From Macrostomum hystrix (lineage: Eukaryota; Animalia; Platyhelminthes), in assembly GCA_950097015.1 (NCBI GenBank), contig CATNEN010000003.1, positions 9,176,001 to 9,240,000 on the forward strand: a stretch of 64,000 bases of DNA, in the 5' to 3' direction. A program made the position numbers and the translations under genes. The notes beneath the pieces were generated by a model. The model was not told where the DNA came from. It searched no databases and worked only from the letters and a program-made list of their open reading frames with translations. Positions 36,901-48,302 of this stretch are shown here, piece after piece. How positions within the stretch are numbered: position 1 is the stretch's first letter; each line of letters opens with the position of its first letter.

Positions 36901-39610
36901 TAGTCAGTATCAAAGTGGCACTATAATAGTCAGTATCAAAGTGGCACTATAATAGCCAGTATCAAAGTGGCACTATAATAGTCAGTATCAAAGTGGCACT
37001 ATAATAGTCAGTAACAAAGTGGCACTATAATAGTCAATATCAAAGTGGCACTATAATAGTCAGTATCAAAGTGGCACTATAATAGTCAGTATCAAAGTGG
37101 CACTATAATAGTCAGTATCAAAGTGGCTCTATAATAGTCAGTATCAAAGTGGCACTATAATAGTCAGTATCAAAGTGGCACTATAATAGTCAGTATCAAA
37201 GTGGCACTATAATAGTCAGTATCAAAGTGGCTCTATAATAGTCAGTATCAAAGTGGCACTATAATAGTCAGTATCAAAGTGGCACTATAATAGTCAGTAA
37301 CAAAGTGGCACTATAATAGTCAGTATCAAAGTGGCACTATAATAGTCAGTAACAAAGTGGCACTATAATAGTCAGTATCAAAGTGGCACTATAATAGTCA
37401 GTATCAAAGTGGCTCTATAATAGTCAGTATCAAAGTGGCACTATAATACTACGAGTATAATACTAAAATGCATTAGTCTATATCAAAGTGGCACTAAAAA
37501 GTCAATATTGAATACATATACCTCAGAGAGATATTTTAATCTGAGTGATTATCTGAGTGAGATAGTGAGAAAAGTACAGACCGTCTGACAAATACTCCTA
37601 GAATACTTTATTAATTAGTATATAAAAAGGTACAACCGCATAGCCAATTAGTCATTAGCCAATCAGACGGTAAAAAAAGTGAAGAGAAATAAAATCCTTT
37701 GACAAGCGGATTATGAGCTAAGTCTGTGAGCAGTTGTGTTCTCACAATCCACCTGTCTGTTCCGTGATAATTTCGCTAATAGCTAGTTTTGAAAGCTTGC
37801 AATTTAGATAGCCAGAAACAAAGGCGAAGTCGCATATTTTTGTTGAGAACGAAAAACAGCCTGACTTTAAAAAAAATCCCTGAACTGCGAAAATAATTAA
37901 GCTTAAAAGTTTCTTATAGCCTTTTTAGTGGTGAAAGTGAAGGAGATTACAGGGAGAGGCCTGTCAGAAAATTGACGACGCAGAAAAGTGCAATAATAAA
38001 AAACTTCGCAATAACAAAAAAATTGGGCAAGAAAAAAACGGAATTTTAAAAGAAAAAAACAAGCAGAACATGCTGATTGCAATTTTCAACTAAGTTCGAT
38101 CTGATAGAGAAATTTTGTTTACAAACCAAATTAAAATTGACATCTTTGGAGTGTAAAATTTGCGGAAATAGAAAAATGATTCTTTCGTTAAAAAGAGATA
38201 GGGAAGTAGACAAGGCGGAGATTAGGGATCGGATTAAAAGCCTTGTCGAAACGCCCAAATCAAAGAGGTAAAATAAAGCCACCTTTCTTAAATAGGCTGC
38301 TACACCTGCACCTGTCCTATCCAGACGAAAACTCCCCACTCAACGACTGTAGGAGAAATTGGAGACAGCATCAGCACCCTGCAGGTAGCTTATAGCCCGG
38401 ATGGCTTGAGCGCGAGCAAGCTAACTTCCCGGAACTGGTAAAAGCAACACAGATTACTCTAATTACAGAATCTAGGCCAGGGCTAAATCTGTCGAAATTT
38501 TTTGTTAAAATAAAATATTTGATCTGGGTTCTTGAATTTCGCTGAAATTGAATTTCTAATTTTCTTTGAAATACTGAAAACACAGGTATATGTATTTTGT
38601 TTCAATTTTATGAAAGAATTGAAAATTAAAAAACATGCCATGACAAAAACAGTACACACTTTCTATGGAAACAGACAAACAGAAAGACAGGCACGGACAG
38701 ACAGACAGACGATCAGAAAAACAGGCACGGACAGACAGACAGACAGACAATCAGAAAGACAGGCGCGGACAGACAGACAATCAGAAAGACAGGCGCGGAC
38801 AGACAGACAATCAGAAAGACAGGCGCGGACAGACAGACAATCAGAAAGGCAGGCGAGGACAGACAGACAGACAATCAGAAAGACAGGCGCGGACAGACAG
38901 ACAGACAATCAGAAAGACAGGCGCGGACAGATAGACAATCAGAAAGACAGGCGCGGACAGACAGACAATCAGAAAGACAGGCGCGGACAGACAGACAATC
39001 AGAAAGACAGGCGCGGACAGACAGACAGACAGAAAGACAGGCGCGGACAGACAGACAATCAGAAAGACAGGCGCGGCCACAGACAGACAGACAATCAGAA
39101 AGACAGGCGCGGACAGACAGGCAATCAGAAGATTGACAAAATCTGAACTTTGATTGAGATTCTCTAGCAAATCTCAGAGCAGCAAAACATTGTTTCCTTT
39201 TTCCTCTGGCTAATGCAATTAAAAGGAAGGAAAATGATTACTCCCATATTTTTTTTCGAAGAATTTAATTACCAAAATGTGCGTGTTTGGCAATTTCCTG
39301 TACTGTATTGGATTGACAACACTTAAAACACGTGCTTTTTAAGGCTAATCGACCAGGCCTTTATTTTGTTAAATTGATTAAAAAAGGAATGGAATAAAAA
39401 ATGATTAGATGACGAAGCGTTCTAGTCTTAAACTAAAAGCATAGTTGCTCCCGCCAATTACCTAATTAACAAACTAAAATTACTCGTATTTGGCTGTAAA
39501 CTTAAATTTGAAAGCTGACGCACCTGCGCATAACAGTAGGGCATAGCCAATATGGCCACACCGATGATACTGTTGCTAAGGGTGATGGCGGCGTCGCGAA
39601 CTTCGCCCAT
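15138..39610 (-). CDS. SLC38A10: Putative sodium-coupled neutral amino acid transporter 10 (~743 aa); complement(join(15138..15925,17539..17898,18110..18260,23522..23707,28007..28109,29647..29792,32127..32537,39524..39610))
   Basis: Spliced product reads [17 protein letters not shown]|CGFVL...KRRSYEFLA...G.LGKL.VE.S.IG...[26 protein letters not shown]...FPCR, LIPN|[19 protein letters not shown], matching the SLC38A10 family, with its long hydrophilic C-tail. All splice phases are consistent; total 2232 nt. Confidence 0.9.
15560..15743 (-). repeat. Coding 12-bp repeat ([12 protein letters not shown]), ~15 copies
   Basis: ttttctgtcga(t)-type periodicity, in frame. Confidence 0.9.
16890..17440. 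repeat. Intron 7 pyrimidine-rich array, ~19-21-bp unit ttcaacccttctttttccc
   Basis: Directly visible, degenerate. Confidence 0.9.
17539..17898 (-). CDS. SLC38A10: SLC38A10 exon 7
   Basis: [25 protein letters not shown]; acceptor tttcag, donor gtcagt. Confidence 0.85.
17935..18058. repeat. Intron 6 short array, ~35-bp unit ctgaccaatcagagagcaaggagagcattttcaga, 3-4 copies
   Basis: Directly visible. Confidence 0.8.
18110..18260 (-). CDS. SLC38A10: SLC38A10 exon 6 (GC donor)
   Basis: [27 protein letters not shown]; acceptor gtccag; donor G/GCAAGT. Confidence 0.85.
18830..19035. repeat. Intron 5 polypurine array, 15-bp unit gggaaaggggaggaa
   Basis: Directly visible. Confidence 0.9.
19595..22425. 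repeat. Intron 5 minisatellite, 16-bp unit gg(g/a)atctttgaacct(t/a), ~175 copies
   Basis: Directly visible; often alternates as a 32-bp dimer. Confidence 0.97.
22875..23468. repeat. Intron 5 purine-rich array, ~15-bp unit ggtagataggagaga
   Basis: Directly visible; reverse complement of the unit at 58930-60030. Confidence 0.9.
23522..23707 (-). CDS. SLC38A10: SLC38A10 exon 5
   Basis: IGTLGYVAF...[18 protein letters not shown]; acceptor ttctag, donor gtgaga. Confidence 0.9.
23785..25750. repeat. Intron 4 polypurine minisatellite, 15-bp unit gggaaggagag(a/g)aca, ~130 copies
   Basis: Directly visible. Confidence 0.97.
26380..27930. repeat. Intron 4 minisatellite, 18-bp unit ctctatctacctgccagt with +4 (ctat) variants
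   Basis: Directly visible. Confidence 0.95.
28007..28109 (-). CDS. SLC38A10: SLC38A10 exon 4
   Basis: [34 protein letters not shown]; acceptor atgcag, donor gtgagt. Confidence 0.88.
28345..29500. repeat. Intron 3 minisatellite, 27-28-bp unit cagcaatgaatcataaatcctattctcc, ~41 copies
   Basis: Directly visible. Confidence 0.95.
29647..29792 (-). CDS. SLC38A10: SLC38A10 exon 3
   Basis: [21 protein letters not shown]; acceptor aactag, donor gtgagt. Confidence 0.9.
29845..30525. repeat. Intron 2 minisatellite, 30-bp unit ctcaccctaatgatcacagatcaagctaat, ~23 copies
   Basis: Directly visible. Confidence 0.97.
30692..30903 (+). mobile_element. tRNA-derived SINE-like element with an internal hairpin
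   Basis: A-box tggcagagcgg (30703-30713), degenerate B-box agctcgattcc (30747-30757), body shared with 12814-12870, ends in a T-run. Confidence 0.65.
31570..32105. repeat. Intron 2 minisatellite, 22-bp unit ctaccggaatctacttctcact, ~24 copies
   Basis: Directly visible; ends about 20 bp from the exon 2 donor. Confidence 0.95.
32127..32537 (-). CDS. SLC38A10: SLC38A10 exon 2
   Basis: [14 protein letters not shown]...FYAIFMLH; acceptor gcgcag, donor gtgagt. Confidence 0.92.
32780..37450. repeat. Intron 1 minisatellite, 26-bp unit gtggcactataatagtcagtatcaaa, ~180 copies
   Basis: Directly visible; the largest array in the window. Confidence 0.98.
38670..39130. repeat. Intron 1 array, ~30-bp unit cagacagacaatcagaaagacaggcgcgga with variable GACA runs
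   Basis: Directly visible. Confidence 0.92.
39524..39610 (-). CDS. SLC38A10: SLC38A10 first coding exon
   Basis: [29 protein letters not shown]; donor gtgcgt. Confidence 0.88.
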
Positions 39611-39884
39611 GCCTGCATAGATTCGGCTTCTCTCGGTTATTTATGATCGGTTTCGGTTTAGCCAGGATTTCTCTTTATATGTTGTTAATTTGAATCAATT
39701 TTGTTTGCTTTAGTCTGTTATTAGACTGATATCAGTAAGTCTAATTAAATATGAGTCAGTCTGGACTGAAATTTCGAGTGGTTTTAAAGCATTTTTGAGA
39801 ACAATTTTAGTTTACCGCCTTTGGTTTGTGCAATAGTTTTAAGACCCCAATGATCCCGATACTTAGGTTCGAATTTAGCTTAGC

Positions 39885-40600
39885 TTAGATCTGCATTAGC
39901 TAGTCTATTAGATGTGCATTAGCTAGTCTATTAGATGTGCATTAGCTAGTCTATTAGATGTGCATTAGCTAGTCTATTAGATCTGCATTAGCTAGCCTAT
40001 TAGATCTGCATTAGCAAGTATATTAGATCTGCATTAGCTAGCCTATTAGATCTGTATTAGCTAGCCTATTAGATCTGCATTAGCTAGTCTATTAGATCTG
40101 CATTAGCTAGCCTATTAGATCTGCATTAGCTAGCCTATTAGATCTGCATTAGCTAGCCTATTAGATCTGCATTAGCTAGCCTATTAGATCTGCATTAGCT
40201 AGCCTATTAGATCTGCATTAGCTAGCCTATTAGATCTGCATTAGCTAGCCTATTAGATCTGCATTAGCTAGCCTATCGGATCTGCATTAGCTAGCCTATT
40301 AGATCTGCATTAGCTAGCCTATTAGATCTGCATTAGCTAGCCTATTAGGTCTGTATTAGCTAGCCTATTAGGTCTGTATTAGCTAGCCTATTAGGTCTGT
40401 ATTAGCTAGCCTATTAGGTCTGTATCAGCTAGCCTATTAGGTCTGTATTAGCTAGCCTATTAGGTCTGTATTAGCTAGCCTATTAGGTCTGTATCAGCTA
40501 GCCTATTAGGTCTGTATTAGCTAGCCTATTAGGTCTGTATCAGCTAGCCTATTAGGTCTGTATTAGCTAGCCTATAAGACCCGCATTAGTTAGCCTATTA
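39885..40600. repeat. Minisatellite, 23-bp unit gcattagctagcctattagatct, ~31 copies
   Basis: Directly visible, with ordered blocks of variants. Confidence 0.95.
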
Positions 40601-41544
40601 GGCCTAAATCAGCTAGTTGCTTAGCTGTGTTTTCACCGGGATAGTAAAAATTAAACGTAAGTCAGAGACGATAACAATTACTAATGTCTATAGGTCAATA
40701 TGTATATATATATACGGTACGTTAACATTAGCAACATTTCAATACAAAACTATACCTTTGGTATTCAGTCACAATTAAGTTTATTATTGAAAATTTTTTT
40801 ACAACAATATTAGTTTAGCCTTTTAAATACAAGACACAATTTACTAATAATAAATATAGTTGGATATATACGTATATGTGTAACAAATGATTACACAGAT
40901 AGTAGCATACAAAAATATGGTACGAACAAGACATGACATTTCTAACAATAATCTATAGAACAATCGACAAATTGACAAATTGATACATTGACAAACCAAC
41001 AAACGCACAGCTTTCTTTTTGCAAAAGATTTTTCTAATTCACAATTATATTTCTAATTTTCTCACGACTAAAAAATCATTAAAAGTTAGAGTTTTTCATC
41101 TAAATACACACACTAATTATAGTATGCACTTTACCTATATACACACAGTGAATAGTGCAATAGAAAGCTTACACTGGGAAGATAATGTGTAGACATATTA
41201 TAGAATAATTGACAGCCAAGTGTGGATTAAACAAATAGCAATTAATTCATGCCACGGCAGTATAGGAAAGTAAAAAATATAATTAGAATAATTATATCAT
41301 TATCATCGTAGTGGCGTGCAGGAGCGACCAAATAGTGGCAATACAGTGGCATTTCATATGGTAACAATTTCATGTGAATTACAAGTTGTTTAATAAATAG
41401 CTTTCATTTCCTTAATAAAACAAATTATGAAAATACAACCAATTATTATCTGCTTTTAAATAAATATCCAAAAAACATTCTCATAATAAAGAATTAAGGA
41501 ATAGGGTATGATAAGGTTGAGATTAAAGCGAGATAGAAGTAGAC

Positions 41545-42405
41545 TTGGCTGAGACAAAGGGACATATTGGGGTGAGACAAATGGACAGTTTTAGGCGAGA
41601 CAAATGGACAGTTTTAGGTGAGACAAAGGGACAGTTTTAGGCGAGACAAAGGGACAGTTTTAGGCGAGACAAAGGGACAGTTTTAGGTGAGACAAAGGGA
41701 AAGTTTTAGTTGAGACAAAGGGAGAGATTTAGGTAAGACAAAGGGAGAGTTTTAGGCGAGACAAAGGGACAGTTTTAGGTGAGACAAAGGGACAGTTTTA
41801 GGCGAGACAAAGGGATAGTTTTAGGCGAGACAAAGGGACAGTTTTAGGTGAGACAAAGGGAGAGATTTAGGTAAGACAAAGGGAGAGTTTTAGGTGAGAC
41901 AAAGGGAGAGTTTTAGTTGAGACAAAGGGAGAGATTTAGGTAAGACAAAGGTAGAGATTTAGGTAAGACAAAGGGACAGTTTTAGGTGAGACAAAGGGAG
42001 AGATTGAGGTTAGACAAAGGGAGAGATTTAGGTAAGACAAAGGGAGAGTTTTAGGTGAGACAAAAGGAGAGTTTTAGTTGAGACAAAGGGACAGTTTTAG
42101 TTGAGACAAAGGGACAGTTTTAGGCGAGACAAAGGGACAGTTTTAGTTGAGACAAAGGGACAGTTTTAGGCGAGACAAAGGGACAGTTTTAGTTGAGACA
42201 AAGGGACAGTTTTAGTTGAGACAAAGGGACAGTTTTAGGCGAGACAAAGGGACAGTTTTAGTTGAGACAAAGGGACAGTTTTAGTTGAGACAAAGGGACA
42301 GTTTTAGGCGAGACAAAGGGAGAGTTTTAGTTGAGACAAAGGGATAGTTTTAGTTGAGACAAAGGGAGAGATTTAGGTCAGACAAAGGGATAGTTTTAGG
42401 CGAGA
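41545..42405. repeat. Minisatellite, 23-bp unit gagacaaagggacagttttaggc, ~37 copies
   Basis: Directly visible; lies downstream of the NCoR-like stop codon. Confidence 0.95.
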
Positions 42406-43049
42406 AAACGAATATATTAGGGTGAGAAAATAAAGAGAAAGTAAAAAACGTTTGGTGGCTGTTTATTTTTTACAAGCATCGCTTTTATGTTTATATGTAC
42501 TTTCAACAGACAAGGGCACACACGAAATAGATAGCATCAATAGATGATACAAATTATAACAGATTATCTAAGAAAGAAAGGATTATAAATGAGCTATTAA
42601 AAACGAATCAGGGTTATAAATGGTGAATAGAAACTTTTAGAATATGTACAGAGCGATAAATTCTATAACAAAATATTGGAACAAAATTTAGTAGGATTAA
42701 CAGTGGGTTAAAAATGGAATGAATGTGAAAACATTAATTACCACTAATTAGAAGATTATTATTACAAGTAAATAATTATAGTCATGATTAACAAATAAAA
42801 GATAAGAAGTGTTCATATCTAAACAAAAATAAAGAGCATATCTAAGAAAATAAAATATCTTGTTCGTTTAGCCTCGACGATGCAATACTTAAATAACAGA
42901 CATTGTTACTAATTAAAAAGTGCCACTTAATAGTTGTTTGTTAAACAATAAAACTTACAAAAAAGTACAAAGGTGGGCTCCGGTGTTGGCACACAAACTG
43001 ACAACAGCAACCAAAAATTTTTAGTTTCAAACACATCAAACAGTTTTGA

Positions 43050-45907
43050 TTAAACTCTGGCCTCCAAATCGATTTGTAAGTCGCCACCGCCTGGACTATT
43101 AACAGACGAAGATGAATTACTAGCGGCCACTTTCTCGGCGGCACCTTCACTAGTGTTGGCGGCTACTGGGGTTGCAGGTGCCCTAATCGTGACAGTTGTT
43201 GGTGCTGCAGTTGCTTCAATTTGCTGAGTCTCGATCTGCTCAGTGTCCATTGGCTCAGCTGTTGATTTTTCAGTTGAAGCAGCAGCAGCAGCGGCAGCAG
43301 CAGCAGCAGCAGCAGTGCTAGGGATCTCAGATGGCGGCTGCGCTGACACATCGATAGCTGATCCTTCAGACGATTTCGGCTGCCACACTGTAACATCATC
43401 GGCGACTGTCTCCTCAACATACATAAATCGCTTCTTAATTGGCCTAGCATCTGTTGGCATTGTTGCTGTTGCAGCTGGGGAAGACAGCGGCTGCAGTTGC
43501 TGTTCAATACTGCGATGCCAATTTCGCGCAGCTTCGCTCACACCAGCCGATGTTGGCGAGCCGGACCTGCTAGCAGTGCTAGCCGGCTCCTGAGCAGCTG
43601 TCTTATCAGCGGAGGCTGAAGCTGCTGCTGCTGCATTATCGGTGGACTTTTCCTCGGATTTTTCAGCATTGGAAGTTTTAGGATCTTCGGATTGTTTTTG
43701 CTGCTGCTGCTGCTGTTTCTGCTTCTGCTTGTCTAGTTGAAAGTCGTCGCTGATAATTTTGTCAATGTGATCGCCAAAGGTGAGCACACTAATACTGCTA
43801 GCTGAGCTGCCAACACTGGCAGCGCTGCTGTTAGCTCGCGGACGATGCTGCTGCTGCTGAGGCACAGCTGGCGACGGACGACGCGGAGCTGTAGCAGCAA
43901 AAGCTGAAGCTGACGACGACGAAGATGGCGGAGGTGGAGTCCTGGCAGGTTGCTGCTGCTGGGAAGGCGGCGGCGAGTGCAAGTTGCTGACAATCTGGTT
44001 GTGAATGATGACGTCAATCAGTTTGGCAGCTGTGACAGTTTTCTGTGGCATCGCAGCCGACGGAATTGGCAGCGCATTCGATCCGCTAGAGCTGGCAGGA
44101 ATCTGGCGCTGATGATCGTCGACTTGCCGACTGTGCTCTCTAGAGTGCGCCGCCGCTAATGCGGCTGCTGCCGAGTTGCTGCCAGACGAGCCAAAGCTTG
44201 AGCTTCTTCTATGAATGCCGACATTGTCGTCTAGCCCGCTGGCAGTCACTCCGTTGCCGCTAAAAGCCGATGATGCATTTGAATTGGTAAGCGGGTGATA
44301 AGCTGCGGTGGCCGCGGCATCAGCGGCTGCAGCTGCAGCGGCAGCGGCAGCAGCAGAAGTAGTTGGCGCCTGTTGATGATGCCGATGATGATGGTGATGA
44401 TGAAACTGCTGCTGCTGCTGATGTTGCAACAGACGAGCCTGAATGTCAGCAAAAAAGTTGTTCATTTGTTGCTGTTTGAGCATCTGCTGAGATGACGAAT
44501 GATGCGAGGACTGCTGATGAGGATGGTGAAGAGCTTGCTGCTGTTGCTGCTGCTGTTGCTGGTGCTGATGATGATGGGGATGATGCTGATGGTGCTGCGG
44601 CAATGGATGCCCCATAGCTATCGAAGCCTGATGCGGCGATACAGGCGGCGGGGGCGGTGGCGCGGGCGGCAGCGGCAGCTTCCTCTGTGGGGCGACATGA
44701 GCGGGCGGCGGCATGACCTCCGGATTTGTTGGCGCCGAGTTAGAGGACGGACCAGCCGAGCTGGCTGCTGCTGCGGCTGCTGCTGCGGCAACAGTGGCTG
44801 TGGCGCGTTTCTTCATCAGAACATAAAGTTGGCTAGCCTCGGAACTTGTCCGGGTCCTCTCCGCGTCGCTGAGCGCTCTATTGCGAAATGTCTGATATGC
44901 TTCCACCTCTTCGCGAAAGGTTTGCTCAGCTTTGGCGGCAAAGATTTCTGTCTGGGATAGGCCGCTACTGTGAGGCCAACCGCTAGTCAGTTGCGGATGC
45001 TGCGGCGGTCCGTGCTGCGGCATGTGATGCTGCTGCCTGTGATGCGTCGGTGGAGGCGGCTGCTGATTTTGAAACTGTTGAGCCTGGAGAAAATTTTCGT
45101 GCATAATAGCTCGAGTTGTAGCAGCAGGTTCAGCAAAGCCGGCCTGCTGTGGCCGCGAGCGATACAGTTGCTGCTGCTGCTGTTGCTGCCAGGCAGCGGC
45201 TGCAGCAGCGGCCGCCATCAGCTGCTGATGCTGCCGCTGATCCATCGAAGCTTTAGACAGCGGAGGTGGCGGCGGAGGCGCCTGATGAATAACAGGTTCA
45301 AAGGCTGAATGTCTCATCATTGACGAGCTGTGATGCCCGACTGAGTTTGGCGACAATGTTGGCAGATCAAATCTAGGCTGCTTGGCCAGCGGTGGCTGAT
45401 GGTGCTGATGAGGCAGCATAGAATATTCTCGCTTATTTGGGGAATACTCCTTAGATAGCTGCTGCTGCTGATGCAGCTGCATGTGATGCTGCTGCTGCTG
45501 CTGCATGTGATGCTGCTGCTGCTGCTGCTGGGACAATTCTGAAGAAGTAACTAAATTCTGTTCAATAGTCATGTGAATGCGGTCGCGAAGAAATCTCTGG
45601 GCAGTCGGCTGTTGCACATGCGGCTGGCCGACGCCAGCATCATCAGCGCCTGTCGACGGCAAGCCTATAGCGCCGCCAGTCGACGGTCGACTGCGCGGAC
45701 TATCTTCAACGCCGATGACACTGGAAACGCCGAGAACAACGCCGCCACTGCTGCCGGCGCCACCACCGCGAGGCAGTTCAATGCTACAGTCAGCCTCCTG
45801 TGCCAGCTGCGGCTGCTGCTGATGCGCCGACTGCGGCTCCTCCATGTTCACATCTTCGTCCTCTTCGTCTTCAGAATGAGACAAAGCTGGCTGCTGTTGA
45901 GGTGGAG

Positions 45908-45942
<35 letters not shown>

Positions 45943-48302
45943 GGAGGCGACTGTCGCTGCTCTTCAGTTTGCAGAGCTCGCAGCTGCTGCGATACGGCTT
46001 GAGTCAGAGTGGCTGCGCTCCTACTGATGCTGCTGATGCTGGGTGCACTTGTGACAATGGCTGTGGCGGCTGTTGTTGACGTGGCTGAAGCAGCTGCAGC
46101 GGCAGCAGCGGCAGCGGCAGCAGCAGCATTTTTATTATTAGCTCGTCGTCGAATATTTTGCTTCTTATACAAGGCTTTGTAACCCTCTTTCTTCTTAGTT
46201 AGGTAATAGAATTGCACGCATTCGCTGACCGATTTGCCTTCCAGGCAGGCGGCGATTGCGCCAAAGTTTTTACCGAAGATGAGAAACTTTTCGCGAAATA
46301 CTCGCCTCTCAGAGTCCGTCCATTTGAATGACAGATCCTGGTGACTGTTCCAATGCTGACTGCAATCTGACAGCATTAGGCCACGATTATTCACATAGCG
46401 TCTACTTAGCTCCCAAGGCGCTAACATCATTGGCGGCAATACGGCTAAGCTCTTCATGCGTTCTTCTTCTTCTTTGGCTCGTTTGATTAATTCCATCATT
46501 TCTGTAACTTCGCCTTCAGTTCTGGCAGTTTGAGCCGGTTGAGCATAGAATCGATCTAATTTCTCTTTTTCGTCGCGACTTTTGCGCAATTCCGGGAAAT
46601 AGCGCTCGAAATAATCGCGCCACTTTGCATCCCGAGCCTTCCTCTTGCTGCTATTAGCCAGCCGTTCTAATCGACGAGTCCATTGTCTCTGAAGGTCATT
46701 GTAAGCGTCTCTTAGATGTCGTTCGCGTTGCTCATTGGCTAGCCGGCATCGGCGCAGGTAGTGCATTAGCCTGGGCTTGAATTCGCGATGACGCAGCTCT
46801 TGATCGCGAATCGCGGCCACATCAGACGGCTGATTGTAATATGGCGGGTCTGGCAACGGTTCAGCCCACACCTGGCGATGACTATCGGTAGCTTTGCGCC
46901 GATTCTCAGCTAAGATAGCGGCGAACGGATTAACTAATCTCTGCTCTAATTCTTCATCCTCGCGTCGTCGGCCTTCCTCTGTTTCACTCTGACGCACTCG
47001 ACTCTGAAGCTTGTCGCGCTCAGCTGTCTTTGCCTGCAACTGATCCTGAACACTTTTAATGTCGTTTTCAATGCTAATTAAACGATAGCCAACGTCCGTC
47101 TTCTCTTTCTGTAGACGCTGATCGTTTAGACTTTCCTCCGGAGCTGGACTGATTGCTTCAACCTGCGGGCAAGCAATGAATAATATGCTATAAGAAAAAT
47201 GAAATTCAAATCCAACGATATGAGCATAACATCTATAGGGATTTGAGCAAGGGATTTAAATCAATTTGAGCACAAGACTTGTGCATGATTCTAAGTGAAC
47301 TTGAGCATTGTGTCCATGTGGATTTGAGGATTGAGTCTATATCCCTTTGAGCACGCTATTTTAAACATCTTGGTATAGAATCTGTATGGATTAAGGATCC
47401 AAGCAATGGATTCTTTAAGAATGAGATCTATGAGAACAGATTTACCGATTTAAGAAAGCCATCTAAAACAATGCATGTCAGAATTTGAGCACAAAAAGCC
47501 TCACCTGAGGATGATAAGCCTCGCTCTTCTGCCGCATACCGGATCCGCCAGTCTCGTGCTTCTGCTGGATGAGCTGAATTCTAGGCTTATCAGATTGGCG
47601 CCTGTCATACGTGTAGCGATAAGGATCGGGGTCGCGCTCCCTACGACTACCGGAGGCGGCGCCGCTGGCATCTGGGGCAGCGGGCTGAGCGGCCGAATAG
47701 CTGGCTGATGAAAACAAAAATAAATTCGTTTTATTTTTATTCGAAAAACCAGTCTTAGGTTTTGCATAGTTAGAGAAGCCTAAATGGAACTAACCTTGAT
47801 TCTGGGCCGTTTGATGATGCTGCTGCTGTTGCTGGGCCAATGGCTCATGCGAGTGGTGCTTAATAAACTGCAGGGAATTGTTATGCACACCTCGAGTTCC
47901 GCCGCCAACCAAAGCTGAAGCTGCATGCTGCTGCTGCTGCTGCGACAGTCGCGGCGGAATCTGGGCAGCGCCAGCTAGGGCCTGAGACATCTGCCGCTGC
48001 TGCTGTTGATGAGCTCCAGCCGGATGTCTAGCAGAAGAGTGCTGCTGATGCGGCATTCTAGCCACATGCCCGAGGCTGGTGCCGGATGCTGTGCCAGCAA
48101 TGCTGATGGCAGGCGAAGCGCCAGATGAACTAGGCACCGCGCTAGTTACTGCAGATGAATGCTGCTGCTGTTGCTGCTGTCTGGACAATGAAGATGACAC
48201 ACTGTGCCCATCCAGATTGGCACTGCCATTATTAGTATTGTGACTAATATTACCAGATTGCCCAGCATCATTGCCATCTGGTCTGCTTTGTTCTGCACCC
48301 AT
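43050..48302 (-). CDS. NCOR: Nuclear receptor corepressor NCoR/SMRT(ER)-like protein (~1606 aa); complement(join(43050..47162,47505..47704,47795..48302))
   Basis: YHPQ|VEAISP plus a coiled coil (GPS2-binding region), R.YFERYFPELRK, LAVLPPMML (DAD), SANT domain WTDSERRVFREKFLIFGKNFGAIAACLEGKSVSECVQFYYLTKK, and CoRNR-box-like motifs (AKLIDVIIHNQI, FGDHIDKIISDDF). Splice phases are consistent. Confidence 0.88.

Noticed and set aside
19595-37450. Regular repeat arrays as possible CRISPR arrays
   Set aside because: Units are directly head-to-tail with no unique spacers, there are no cas genes, and the context is eukaryotic introns.
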